A DNA stretch of 64,000 nucleotides, taken from positions 682,001 to 746,000 of the forward strand of contig OZ024755.1 in the NCBI GenBank assembly GCA_964016885.1. The letters run 5' to 3'. Source of the DNA: Eledone cirrhosa. Taxonomy: Eukaryota. Shown here one piece after another: positions 21,913-36,152 of the stretch (within the stretch, counting starts at the first letter, position 1; every line of letters begins with the position of its first letter). A model generated the notes under the pieces. It was not told where the DNA came from. It ran no database searches and saw only the letters and a list, made by a program, of their open reading frames with translations. The translations under genes and the position numbers were made by a program.

Positions 21913-22057
21913 AAGGCACATGGCTTAGTGGTTAGAGCATTGGGCTTGCAATCTAAAGGCTGTGAGTTCAATTCTCGGTCGGACCGGGTGATGTGTTGTT
22001 TCCTGAGCAAAACACTTTATTTCACGTTGCTCCAGTTTACTCAGCTGTAGAAATGAG
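21913..22057 (+). mobile_element. tRNA-derived CORE-type SINE (family B)
   Basis: A-box tggcttagtgg, B-box gagttcaattc, CORE-like ctgagcaaaacactttatttcacgttgctccagtttactcagctgtagaaatgag. Confidence 0.8.
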
Positions 22058-22186
22058 ATGAAGAGGCACCTGCCCGCCCAGCCAGTGGGATGGCGTTATC
22101 TTATGGCTCTAATGCTTATACATAAATGCATAAGCATGCATACATACTCACATGTGTGTATGTACACACATGTGTATATATGTTGT

Positions 22187-22310
22187 GAAGGTTCATGGCT
22201 TAGTGGTTAGTGTGTTTGGCTCATGGTTGTAAGATGATGAGTCATGTGTCCCTTATTTCACGTTAGTCCAGTTTACTCAGCAGAAATGAAATGAGTTGTA
22301 CCTGTAAATT
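22187..22310 (+). mobile_element. SINE family B, internally deleted
   Basis: tggcttagtggttag...tatttcacgttagtccagtttactcagc. Confidence 0.6.
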
Positions 22311-22836
22311 AAAGGGCTGATGAAAAAAAACCAGACAGGATGGTCACAGCTGGAATACCTTCAACCATAATTCAGCTTGATCAAGGTTGCTGAGGAGCAA
22401 AACAACAACAACAGCTGCACACATACAGCTTGCTTATTCACTGCATACACACACGTGTGCACATACATGCACAAACGCTTACACATATATCTGAGGACAC
22501 ACACACACGCATACCTAAGGGCATGCATACACACACATATATGTGAATGCACACACAACAAACTGTTCTATTTCTCCTTCTCTCTTCCCCTTCTTTCTCT
22601 CTACCCATTTCTCTCTCTCCTCCCATCTCTCTCTAACTCACCTCACTCTCTATATATGTATATGACAATATATATATATATGTGTATATATATGTGTGTA
22701 ATGTATATATATATGTGTGTATATATATATATGTGTGTATATATATGTGTGTATATATATATATGTGTGTATATATATATATATATGTATATATATATGT
22801 GTAATGTGTATATATATGTGTGTATATATATGTGTA

Positions 22837-22910
<74 letters not shown>

Positions 22911-23576
22911 ATATATATATATATGTATATATATATATACAGTCACTATCCACTAGCTTTCCATTACCAGCACGTATTCTTTTAAGATAACCTTTTATAA
23001 AGTTTCAAAAATAATATTAAGTAATTTATAAGAAATGTCTTTGGTTTGTTTAATTTTTTATCCGAACTAACATAAAAGCTTACACTCTGCTAGCTTCATT
23101 TAGGAAATTTCTTCAAAAAACAACCATGCTAGATTTATCTAATTTCTTATATATATATATATATATAAATATATGTCTGTTTTGTGTGTGCTTGTGCATG
23201 TATGTATACATATATATATGTACACACACATATATGTGTGTGTGTTTTGTGTGTTTGTGCATGTATGTATACATACGTAGACACATACACACATATATAT
23301 ATATAAAGATTAACATCATAAAATGAGACAAAAGAGAAGATTTCCAGCTATTTTAGGGAAATTACTTCTGTCCTTTATTGTCTTTTTATCTTCAAAGGAA
23401 ATTATTTAACAACCAAGAAAAGATTAAAAAAATAAATACTTTAATAAGATTTAAAATATACATAAATAAAATAAGTAGACAATGGACATTAAATCAGTTT
23501 TGGTGTTACTGAAGAGATGAATTAGTAGAATCACAGTCATAGTATATAGCACCTCTTGTCTCTTCCTTCCACCCCT

Positions 23577-23731
23577 CACATCTTAACACTCCACCTCCCA
23601 CATCTTAACACTCCACTCCCCCACATCTTAACACTCCACTTCCCACATCTTAACACTCCACTCCTCACATATTAACACTCCACCCCCCACATCTTAACAC
23701 TCCACCCCCACCCACATCTTAACACTCCACC
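23577..23731. repeat. ~22-bp minisatellite, about 7 copies
   Basis: cacatcttaacactccac(c/t)n units. Confidence 0.9.
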
Positions 23732-23829
23732 TATGTGTGTGTGTGTGTGTGTAAAATATATCTATCTATATATATATATATGTGTGTGTGTATGAAAAAT
23801 ATATATATATATGTGTGTGTGTGTGAAAA

Positions 23830-23863
<34 letters not shown>

Positions 23864-24135
23864 AAAATATATCTCTATATATATGTATATATATGTGTGT
23901 GTGTATTTATATATATATAGATATATATATGGTAATTATTTAATACACCTGAGAGGGAGCAATGACAAATTGAATCTAAACTTAGAACGTTGAGAATAAA
24001 TACAATAAAATATTTATCTGTGACCATTGATTAGACTCGACTGCGAGTTACCCAAACCCATTAATAGATCTCTTCTTTGTAGAGAGAGGGGAGGGGGGAG
24101 ATAAAATACTGAGGATGAGGGAGGTTGAACTTCTT

Positions 24136-24432
24136 ATGTTGTTGGTGTCATTGTTGGTGTTTTCGCTTTTGTTGACATTGTTGGTGTTCTCGCTGTTGTT
24201 GACATTGTTGTTGTTCTCGCTGTTGTTGACATTGTTGTTGTTCTCGCTGTTGTTGACATTGTTGGTGTTCTCGCTGTTGTTGACATTGTTGGTGTTCTCG
24301 CTGTTGTTGACATTGTTGTTGTTCTCGCTGTTGTTGACATTGTTGGTGTTCTCGCTGTTGTTGACATTGTTGGTGTTCTCGCTGTTGTTGACATTGTTGT
24401 TGTTCTCGCTGTTGTTGACATTGTTGGTGTTG
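24136..24432. repeat. 27-bp minisatellite, about 11 copies
   Basis: ttgttg(g/t)tgttctcgctgttgttgaca. Confidence 0.95.
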
Positions 24433-25261
24433 TCTCATAAATTATATAACTTTGGCAGTATGATATAAAAATGTGGTCTTCCACGTATAAAAGGACACAT
24501 TCTGGGGGTTGAGAGATCAACAATGACAACAACAACAACAATGACAGCAACAACAATGACAACAGCAATGACAACAATGACAACAGCAATAACAACAACA
24601 AAACATCAAACAACAACAAAGAAAAGACACCATATAACATATCGATGGTATAACAACAACAATCTTAATAATAACAATAATTATTATTATAATGATGATG
24701 ATGATGGGGTGGTGATGATGGTGGTGATGATGATGATGATGATGGGGTGGTGATGATGATGATACATGTATCAGATAATAAATATAAAATATAGCAAAGG
24801 TTAAAAACTGAAGAAGGAATAGAAATAGAAACACAAAATATAAAAATATAAAAATATAAAAATAGGAAATAAAAACCAAAACAAAGATGGAACGAAGAGA
24901 AGGAAAACATAAGAAAGTTCCAAGTTAGAGGAAAGACTTGTTAATCTATATTGTGTTTTGTATAATATCACCATGTAGCAGGAAAGTTATTTATATACAC
25001 AGCACCTATCGATGTATATATATATATGTGGATATATATATATATGGATGGATGTAATGTGTAGATGTATGTGTGTGTATGTATGCATTTATGTAAGTAT
25101 ATATATATATATACACATTGATAAACACACTCACACACATATTCACATGTATATATGTATATATGTGGTATAGTAATGAAATCATAGATATATATCGTGA
25201 AGAAGCTTGATAAAAATAAACATGATTTCACTTGATCTAAGTACACACACACACACACATA

Positions 25262-25303
<42 letters not shown>

Positions 25304-25837
25304 ATTCTAAAATATAAAATAATAATGCTTATAATATTGGTTGTATCATATTTACTTATATATTTGTCCATATTATTGTTCGTTTTATGTTAGATTATTT
25401 TATTATTATTATGTTAGACTATTTGTATGTAATATTTAATTTTTATTAATTCAACTATAACAATTATTATGTAAAATATATTTATTTAATATTGATTGTT
25501 TTTTGTAGTTGTTTATATTAAAAGTTTGAAAATATTTTTATACATCTTACAATAATATTTATAAGATCATTTATAAAATAACAATTATATAATCTAATTA
25601 CATTACAACGATAATTTATTATTAATATATATCATGTTTAACTAGAGTTATTACAAGCATTGTCTTTAAAAAATATTAAACTAGACCTGAAAAATGCGCA
25701 AGCTCAAAAGAGCCACAGAATGTTATAATAAACCTTCAAAAGTGTGGGACTAGAGTTGTTGCTCAAAAATATTGTAATCATTATCGTATTTTTTATTAAC
25801 CTTGAAAGGATGAAAGGCAAAGTTGTGTGTACTACTA

Positions 25838-26012
25838 ATCATCATCATCATCATTTCCTTTTACGTCCGCTTTTCCCTGCTTGCAAGGGTGGGAGGGGAA
25901 CTGATACTGGCTTGATTTCTACAGCTGGATGCCCTTCCTAACACCAACCTCATTTACAGTGAGTGCTGGGTGCTTTTTTGCCGTGGCAGCTCCACGACCA
26001 TTTTACAGTGGA
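25838..26012 (-). mobile_element. RTE 3' end / 3' module fragment
   Basis: ttttacgtccgcttttccctgcttgcaagggtggga identical to the 3' end of the 10801 element, joined to the module seen at 31150-31240. Confidence 0.8.
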
Positions 26013-26019
26013 ATGATAT

Positions 26020-26181
26020 GAACCCCAGTCCCTATCATCTCATTTCTACAGCTGAGTAAACTGGAGCAATGTGAAATAAAGTGTCTTGCTCAAGGAAACA
26101 ACACACCACCCGGTCTGAGAATTGAACTCACAACCTTTCGATTGCAAGGCCAATGCTCTAACCACTAAGCCATGTGCCTCC
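26020..26181 (-). mobile_element. SINE family B
   Basis: Reverse complement of 21913-22057. Confidence 0.85.
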
Positions 26182-26365
26182 ATAATAATAATTGTTTCTA
26201 CTTTTTGGCACAAGGCCAGCAATTACCCAGTGCATTACTGGTACTTTATTCTATCGACCCCGTATGGATGAAAGGCAAAGTTAACCTCAGCAGGGTTTGA
26301 ACTCAGAACGTAAAGGGTGATAACTTTATGCTGCAAACCATGGTCTCTGAGCCTCTCCTGATACT
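26182..26365 (-). mobile_element. SINE family A
   Basis: Reverse complement of 6066-6270; directly abuts the family B copy. Confidence 0.85.
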
Positions 26366-27067
26366 AATAACAATATAGAAATAACAGATATATAACTTAC
26401 AATAGTGTTGCTGACATGTTCTGCCTTTTAATTTTTTATTTTCTAGTCCCTCTTTCTACCTCTTTTCTTTATATCTCTCTTTTCTTCATCGCTTTCCTCT
26501 CATCTCTTTCTTCTCTCTCTCTTTTCTTCATCTCTTTCCCCTCTCTCTCTTTTCTTCATCGCTTTCCCCTCTCTCTCTTTTCTTCACATCTTCCCTCACC
26601 TTATTTCCCTCTTCCTTCCACCCACCCTCTCTCTCATTCTTTCTTTTATTTTAAATATTTATTTGACCAATCTCTGAATTTATCAGATAACCAACTCTAG
26701 CTGCAGGTTTGTTTAAAGATTTAATGTTCTGAAGGAAATGTTGCTGTCAGGAAAAACATATCACTTCACTGTCCCCACCCCTATACACCCATCACAACAT
26801 ATCCCTTCACCCCACCCCGTCCTACACCCACCACAACATATCACTTTACCCCCACCCCACCCACCACAACATACCTCTTTCCCACCCAACCACTACCTCC
26901 AACACCCCTTCTCTCCCTTTTTTTCTTTCTAAATAAATTAACCAGTGAATATTTTGTTGCATGAAGATACTTTTGGTCAAAAGAAGAAAGACTCTATCTG
27001 TGTAAAGAAGTCCAGAGAAATATCAGATAATGGGACAGACTCATGGAAGATGTTGACCTGTGGTTCC

Positions 27068-27190
27068 CCACCTCAACCTTTTGTGCCACCATGGCCCACC
27101 TTAACCTTTTGTGCCACCATGGCCCACCTCAACCTTTTGGGTCACCATGGCCCACCTCAACCTTTTGGGCCACCATGGTCCACCTCAACA
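27068..27190. repeat. 28-bp minisatellite, about 4 copies
   Basis: ccacctcaaccttttgtgccaccatggc. Confidence 0.9.
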
Positions 27191-27954
27191 TCTTAAAAAT
27201 TGTTATGCCACCCAACACCCCCTTGATATGAAAACAGCGATGATCAACTGCAAAGTGTAAACAAATTGGTGATAGGAGGTGTCCCAGATGTACAGTAATA
27301 TGTGGAGGAGGAGATGAGACAGGTATTTTCTGGCAGTACATGTGCCCCAAGGCGGAAGTCAATGCTTTAGATTGACATTTCATACTACTGAGATTTTAGT
27401 TTTCCATTAGCAAAGGTGTAAAGTAAGTATGGGCAACCTTCCTTCAAGTAATGACCCACATAGAATGTGGCTCATCGTATGGTAAGGGCCACACTACTAA
27501 AAAAATTCAAGGTAATTTTGAAATTAAGGTATGCCATTCAGAAAACCAAGCAAACCACAGTTTGGCTATAATTGATGTAAAGGGATACATTTTTACAACA
27601 ACAACAAAATAATAATAATAAATAAACAAAATTAAGAAAATAAAAACAATAATAATAATAAATAAATAAAATGAATAGAACTAAAAAAAATGCTGTAAAC
27701 GGTGAAACATCAACGTTGTTGTCCAAGAGTGACACAGAAGGAAATGGCAACTTGGTTATTAAGGAATATGGAAAGTGATAGTAATATGTTTGCCAAGATT
27801 TTACATGAAATATTACGGTTTGATTAAACAGAACTATTGATTTCTGATTCTCAGCAAAGTTCCATTCTGCAATAAATGGTGATAAAATCTTTCGGGCTAA
27901 CTAATATCTAATAACTTCAAAGATAATGAAAAATGGAAAATAATTTAAAGGCAA

Positions 27955-28704
27955 TTCACACATACATACACTCACACACACACATGTACACATACACTCA
28001 CATACATACCCTCACACACACACACACACACACACACATGTACACATACATTCACATACATACACAAATACACATACGTACACACACGTACACACACATA
28101 TGCTCACAAACATACACATACGTACATGCACATGCATACACACACATACACTCACATACACTCACAAACATACACACATACGTACACACATACATACACT
28201 CACACATACACATACATACACATACGTACACACACATGAACTCACATACATACACACATACACTCACAAACATACACACACGTACACACACACACACTCA
28301 CATACACATATGTACACACACATACACACATACCTGTGTATACACACACACATGTGTGCATACACAAATAAATATACAGCGACACACCTGTGCGCCCACA
28401 CATTCATACACATGCATCCACATAGACATTAATAGATACAAGCACATGAATTCATGTATGTAATATATATATGTATGTAATATACATATATATATACATA
28501 TATATGTATGTATGTAATATATATATATGTATGTAATATATATATGTATATATATATGTATGTAATATATATATATATATGTATATATATATGTATGTAT
28601 GTAATATATATATGTATATATATATGTATGTATGTAATATATATATATATGTATATATATGTATGTATGTAATATATATATATATATGTATATATATGTA
28701 TGTA

Positions 28705-28736
<32 letters not shown>

Positions 28737-28753
28737 GTATATGTATATATATG

Positions 28754-28808
<55 letters not shown>

Positions 28809-29045
28809 ATATATATATATATGTAATATATATATATATGTAATATATATATATATGTAATATATATATATATATGTAATATATATATATATGTAATATA
28901 TATATATATGTAATATATATATATATGTAATATATATATATATATGTAATATATATATATATGTAATATATATATATATGTAATATATATATATGTAATA
29001 TATATATATATGTAATATATATATATGTAATATATATATCTATAT
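27955..29045. repeat. (CA)-rich then GTAA(TA)n compound microsatellites
   Basis: Direct reading. Confidence 0.9.
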
Positions 29046-29064
29046 TATATATATATATGTATAT

Positions 29065-29950
29065 AGTTCAGAGAACTTATACCACTATTAGCTGCTAAAG
29101 GGTTCTCCCTAAAAATGAAAGGCAGGTTGTACGATGCCTGCATACGAACAGCAATGCTGCATGGCAGTGAGACCTGGGCATTGTGTGCAGAGGATATACG
29201 CAGACTAGAGAGGAACGAAGCTTGCATGCTCCGCTGGATGTGTAACAGTAATATACGTGAACGGCAAAGCATAAACGAACTAAGGAAAAAATTAGAGATA
29301 AGAGGGATCAGATGTTGTTTACTCGAGAGAAGGCTACGTTGGTATGGACACGTGATGAGCATGAAAGTCGATAGCTGTATAACAAAGTGCAGGGCAATAA
29401 AGATAGACGGTAGTCACGGAATAGGCAGACCTAGAAAAACCTGGGACGAGCTGATAAACTCCGACATCACACACTTACACCTCTCCAAGACAATGTCACT
29501 GGACCGAGACCTTTGGCGGTACTCAGTAACAGAGAAGACCCGCCTTACCTAAATATATAGTAAAACCTACTCCAGCCAGTAGGCATCTCTAACAAAATAC
29601 ACCCCGTCCCACCACCACCACCCCCACCCCATCCACACCACCCCGTTCTATGTAAAGTTATGTTGGTGCCGCGCCATCCAGGCCGAAACAAATGAGATCG
29701 TGTAGGTGTCACGACAAAGAAACACAGAGTCCACGCTGTAATGTGGCCGTGTAGGCAACACGGTAAAAACCTCCCAGACCCACACTGTAAATGTGGTTGG
29801 TGTTAGGAAGGGCATCCAACTGTAGAAAACCTGCCAGACAGTCCTATGCGAGCAAGACAATCACTCTTGCCTCAAGTGGGACTACCCCTGTCCAAACCCA
29901 TGCAAGCGTGGAACACGGACGTTAAACGTTGATGATGATGATGATGATGA
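29065..29950 (+). mobile_element. RTE family B 3' fragment (ORF end, 3'UTR, (GAT)n tail)
   Basis: KGRLYDACIRTAMLHGSETW...RRLRWYGHV...GRPRKTW; tail ggacgttaaacgttgatgatg. Confidence 0.92.
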
Positions 29951-30087
29951 TATGTAATATATATATATATATGTATATATGTAATATATATATATATATG
30001 TATATATGTAATATATATATATATGTATATATGTAATATATATATATATGTATATATGTAATATATATATATATATGTATATATGTA

Positions 30088-30155
<68 letters not shown>

Positions 30156-30712
30156 TATCCAATGCATGGCTCTGCCCCAGTTTTCTCTTTATATTAATGA
30201 GTTTTTTTCCCTTATTTCCTTATTAACATCCTTTATAGTTCTAGTGCCTTTCAGTATTTCCAGATTTTCTCTGTCTCATCTTCAGTATGAAGTGGTTATT
30301 AAAGCCACTTGTTATATTTGTATCATTGTATGTAAAAGAGCTAAGAATGATGGAATGCAGCTGTCTTTTAGATGATATTATTATCACAAGATTGGACATG
30401 TTTGACCGTTAATGTCAGGCTTCTGTCTGTAATAAATTATTCCACTCTGTTAATGTCTGCCTCTCCTTGCTAGAATATTCTATCTTTCTCTGTGTTATGT
30501 TGTGTGTTGGATTTTGTCATTAATACGACTTCCATGACCAAAACAACTTATTAAGGTAGCAATAACAAGTGTTACTAATAATTATTCCAGCCTGAAAATA
30601 ACATTTTGGAGAGATCTATCTGTCTGTCTGTCTATCTATCTATATGTCTGTCTATCTATATGTCTAGCTATATGTCTGTCTATCTCTATACCTACCTCTC
30701 TCTCTCTCTTAT

Positions 30713-31343
30713 TATATGGATGTGTAATATACACCAACAGCAAAGCATAAACAAATTGAGAGAGAGACTGAGCATAAGAGGAATCAAATGCAGTGTGCAG
30801 GAGAGGAGGTTTTGTTGGTATGGACATGTGATGCGTATGAAGGATGACAGCGGCATAAAAAGGTGCAGAGAACTAGAAGTCGATGGAAACCGGGGAGTGG
30901 GGAGACCCAAGAAGACCTGGGATGAGGTGATAAAAGCTGACCTTGCCCAATTGCACCTCTCAAAGGCGATGACACACGACCGTGACCTCTGGCGTCACGC
31001 AGTGATACAGAAGACCCGACTTCCCATGGGTACAAACCGAAGCTGAAGCATATAGACAATATGCCCCCACACCCTTCCATTGCAAAGTGAACGTAGAGGC
31101 GCCACGGCTAAAAAGCACCCAGCCCACTCTGTAAAGTGGACGTGTAGGCGCCACGGCAAAAAAGCACCCAGTACTCACTGTAAATGAGGTTGGTGTTAGG
31201 AAGGGCATCCAGCTGTAGAAATCAAGCCAGAATCAGTTCCTTTATGAGCAAGACAAGGTCAGCCGACCAGACACTGCCCACAACAGGACAACCCATCTAA
31301 CCCATGCTATTGTGGAAGAATGGACGTAAAACGGTGATGATGA
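30713..31343 (+). mobile_element. RTE 3' fragment (third subfamily)
   Basis: WMCNI...WYGHVMRM...GRPKKTW; 3'UTR with duplicated aaaagcacccag module; tail ggacgtaaaacggtgatgatg. Confidence 0.88.
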
Positions 31344-31621
31344 TATATATATAATTACAAAATATAATATATTTTCACTGTTATTGTTTATAAAAGTGAT
31401 CAATATTTTTGTACAAAAAATATAAAATATAAAAATTAGTGTAATTAATGTAAATAATGAAGTAATAACAATATTCATTTCAAAATAAATATATATTGTA
31501 TATATATATTATATATATATATATTGTATATATATATTATATATATATATATATTGTATATATATATTATATATATATATATATATTGTATATATATATT
31601 ATATATATATATATTGTATAT

Positions 31622-32597
31622 ATCATCATCATCGTTTAACGTCCATATTCCACGCTTGGATGGGTTTGGACGGGAGTTTTCCCACTTGAGGCAAGAGTGG
31701 TTGTCTTGCTCGCATAGGACTGTCTGGCGGGTTTTCTACAGCTGGATGCCCTTCCTAACACCAACCACATTTACAGTGTGGGGCTGGGAGGTTTTTACCA
31801 TGTTACCTACACGGCCACATTACAGCGTGGACTGTGTGTTTTTTTTGGCGTGACACCTACACGACCTCATTTGTTTCGGCCTGGATGTTGTGGCACCAAC
31901 ATAACTTTACATTGAAAGGGGTGGTGTGGATGGGGTGGGGGTGGTGGGACGGGGGTGTATTTTGTTAGAGGTGCCTACTGACTGTAGTAGATTTTACTTT
32001 GTATTTAGGTAAGGCGGGTCTTCTCTATTACTGAGTACCGCCAAAGATCTCGGTCCAGTGACATTGTCTTGGAGAGGTGTAAGTGTGTGAGGTCGGAATT
32101 TATCAAGTCGTCCCAGGTTTTTCTGGGTCTGCCTACTCCGTGGCTACCGTCTATCTTTATTGCCCTGCACTTTTTTTTTCATGCGCATCACATGACCATA
32201 TCAACGTAGCCTTCTCTCGAGTAAACAACATCTGATCCCTCTTATTTCTAATTTTTTCCTTAGTTCGTTAATGCTTTGCCGTTCACGTATATTACTATTA
32301 CACATCCAGCGGAGCATGCAAGCTTGGTTCCTCTCTAGTCTGCGTATATCCTCTGCACACAATGCCCAGGTCTCACTGCCATGCAACATTGCTGTTCGTA
32401 TGCAGGCATCATACAGCCTGCCTTTCATTTTTAGGGAGAACCCTTTAGCGGCTAATAGTGGTATAAGCTCTCTGAACTTTTTCCATCCAGTTCTGACTCT
32501 AGCTACTGTACTTTCAGAGCACCCTCCCCCACTGCTGATTTTGTCACCCATGTAACGGAAACTGTCCACTATTTCTATAGAACCCTCTGCGCAATTG
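31622..32597 (-). mobile_element. RTE family B 3' fragment, inverted relative to the 29065 copy
   Basis: DSFRYMGDKISSGGGCSE...MLHGSETW...RRLR; 3'UTR is the reverse complement of 29553-29950. Confidence 0.92.
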
Positions 32598-33011
32598 AAA
32601 GAGCTAGCTATTATATATTGTATATATAGTATATATTATATATATATATATATATTGTATATATTGTGTTTAGTGTCTATTATATATATATTGTCCACAC
32701 CTAACTTTAAATTTCATATCTTTTCACAATCACTATTAAGGGTCTGGCTAATGTATAATTATTTGCATATGTGTATACAAATATATATATATATATGTGT
32801 GTGTGTGTGTTTGTGTGTATATATATATATATACACACGCACACACATATATGTGTGTGCGTGTGTATATATATATATACACACACTCACACACACATAC
32901 ATATGTATGTGTGATTTATTTTGTATAGAAATTACTCCTGCCGGACTAGAACTATTTAATTTATTTGAAATCACCAGGAAAGTATTTGCTAACAGGCTGC
33001 TTTCTATATAT

Positions 33012-36000
33012 GCTAAAAATGTTGTTAACAGGGTGTGTTATGCCTGTTAAAAATATTGTTAACAGGGTGTGTTATGCATGTTAAAAATATTGTTAACAGG
33101 GTGTGTTATGCATGTTAAAAATGTTGTTAACAGGGTGTGTTATGCCTGTTAAAAATATTGTTAACAGGGTGTGTTATGCATGTTAAAAATATTGTTAACA
33201 GGGTGTGTTATGCATGTTAAAAATGTTGTTAACAGGGTGTGTTATGCCTGTTAAAAATATTGTTAACAGGGTGTGTTATGCATGTTAAAAATGTTGTTAA
33301 CAGGGTGTGTTATGCCTGTTAAAAATGTTGTTAACAGGGTGTGTTATGCCTGTTAAAAATATTGTTAACAGGGTGTGTTATGCATGTTAAAAATGTTGTT
33401 AACAGGGTGTGTTATGCATGTTAAAAATGTTGTTAACAGGGTGTGTTATGCCTGTTAAAAATATTGTTAACAGGGTGTGTTATGCATGTTAAAAATATTG
33501 TTAACAGGGTGTGTTATGCATGTTAAAAATGTTGTTAACAGGGTGTGTTATGCCTGTTAAAAATGTTGTTAACAGGGTGTGTTATGCATGTTAAAAATAT
33601 TGTTAACAGGGTGTGTTATGCATGTTAAAAATGTTGTTAACAGGGTGTGTTATGCATGTTAAAAATGTTGTTAACAGGGTGTGTTATGCCTGTTAAAAAT
33701 ATTGTTAACAGGGTGTGTTATGCATGTTAAAAATGTTGTTAACAGGGTGTGTTATGCCTGTTAAAAATGTTGTTAACAGGGTGTGTTATGCATGTTAAAA
33801 ATGTTGTTAACAGGGTGTGTTATGCCTGTTAAAAATGTTGTTAACAGGGTGTGTTATGCATGTTAAAAATGTTGTTAACAGGGTGTGTTATGCCTGTTAA
33901 AAATATTGTTAACAGGGTGTGTTATGCATGTTAAAAATGTTGTTAACAGGGTGTGTTATGCCTGTTAAAAATGTTGTTAACAGGGTGTGTTATGCATGTT
34001 AAAAATGTTGTTAACAGGGTGTGTTATGCCTGTTAAAAATGTTGTTAACAGGGTGTGTTATGCATGTTAAAAATGTTGTTAACAGGGTGTGTTATGCCTG
34101 TTAAAAATATTGTTAACAGGGTGTGTTATGCATGTTAAAAATGTTGTTAACAGGGTGTGTTATGCCTGTTAAAAATGTTGTTAACAGGGTGTGTTATGCA
34201 TGTTAAAAATGTTGTTAACAGGGTGTGTTATGCATGTTAAAAATGTTGTTAACAGGGTGTGTTATGCCTGTTAAAAATGTTGTTAACAGGGTGTGTTATG
34301 CATGTTAAAAATGTTGTTAACAGGGTGTGTTATGCCTGTTAAAAATGTTGTTAACAGGGTGTGTTATGCATGTTAAAAATGTTGTTAACAGGGTGTGTTA
34401 TGCCTGTTAAAAATATTGTTAACAGGGTGTGTTATGCATGTTAAAAATGTTGTTAACAGGGTGTGTTATGCCTGTTAAAAATGTTGTTAACAGGGTGTGT
34501 TATGCATGTTAAAAATGTTGTTAACAGGGTGTGTTATGCATGTTAAAAATGTTGTTAACAGGGTGTGTTATGCCTGTTAAAAATATTGTTAACAGGGTGT
34601 GTTATGCATGTTAAAAATGTTGTTAACAGGGTGTGTTATGCCTGTTAAAAATGTTGTTAACAGGGTGTGTTATGCATGTTAAAAATGTTGTTAACAGGGT
34701 GTGTTATGCATGTTAAAAATGTTGTTAACAGGGTGTGTTATGCCTGTTAAAAATATTGTTAACAGGGTGTGTTATGCATGTTAAAAATGTTGTTAACAGG
34801 GTGTGTTATGCCTGTTAAAAATGTTGTTAACAGGGTGTGTTATGCATGTTAAAAATGTTGTTAACAGGGTGTGTTATGCATGTTAAAAATGTTGTTAACA
34901 GGGTGTGTTATGCATGTTAAAAATGTTGTTAACAGGGTGTGTTATGCCTGTTAAAAATATTGTTAACAGGGTGTGTTATGCCTGTTAAAAATGTTGTTAA
35001 CAGGGTGTGTTATGCATGTTAAAAATGTTGTTAACAGGGTGTGTTATGCATGTTAAAAATGTTGTTAACAGGGTGTGTTATGCATGTTAAAAATGTTGTT
35101 AACAGGGTGTGTTATGCCTGTTAAAAATGTTGTTAACAGGGTGTGTTATGCATGTTAAAAATGTTGTTAACAGGGTGTGTTATGCCTGTTAAAAATGTTG
35201 TTAACAGGGTGTGTTATGCCTGTTAAAAATGTTGTTAACAGGGTGTGTTATGCCTGTTAAAAATATTGTTAACAGGGTGTGTTATGCATGTTAAAAATAT
35301 TGTTAACAGGGTGTGTTATGCCTGTTAAAAATATTGTTAACAGGGTGTGTTATGCATGTTAAAAATATTGTTAACAGGGTGTGTTATGCCTGTTAAAAAT
35401 ATTGTTAACAGGGTGTGTTATGCCTGTTAAAAATATTGTTAACAGGGTGTGTTATGCCTGTTAAAAATATTGTTAACAGGGTGTGTTATGCATGTTAAAA
35501 ATATTGTTAACAGGGTGTGTTATGCCTGTTAAAAATATTGTTAACAGGGTGTGTTATGCATGTTAAAAATATTGTTAACAGGGTGTGTTATGCCTGTTAA
35601 AAATATTGTTAACAGGGTGTGTTATGCCTGTTAAAAATATTGTTAACAGGGTGTGTTATGCATGTTAAAAATATTGTTAACAGGGTGTGTTATGCCTGTT
35701 AAAAATATTGTTAACAGGGTGTGTTATGCATGTTAAAAATATTGTTAACAGGGTGTGTTATGCCTGTTAAAAATATTGTTAACAGGGTGTGTTATGCATG
35801 TTAAAAATATTGTTAACAGGGTGTGTTATGCCTGTTAAAAATATTGTTAACAGGGTGTGTTATGCCTGTTAAAAATATTGTTAACAGGGTGTGTTATGCA
35901 TGTTAAAAATATTGTTAACAGGGTGTGTTATGCCTGTTAAAAATATTGTTAACAGGGTGTGTTATGCATGTTAAAAATATTGTTAACAGGGTGTGTTATG

Positions 36001-36152
36001 CCTGTTAAAAATATTGTTAACAGGGTGTGTTATGCATGTTAAAAATATTGTTAACAGGGTGTGTTATGCCTGTTAAAAATATTGTTAACAGGGTGTGTTA
36101 TGCCTGTTAAAAATATTGTTAACAGGGTGTGTTATGCCTGTTAAAAATATTG
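33012..36152. repeat. 34-bp tandem satellite, about 92 copies
   Basis: tgttaaaaat(a/g)ttgttaacagggtgtgttatgc(a/c); period 34 (aacaggg at 33061 and 33095). Confidence 0.97.

Noticed and set aside
24115-24468. Leu-rich or Gln/Cys repeat protein
   Set aside because: Pure 27-bp minisatellite open in several frames; no splice or expression evidence
33012-36152. CRISPR-like array (34-bp repeat)
   Set aside because: Head-to-tail repeats with no unique spacers, no cas genes, eukaryotic context
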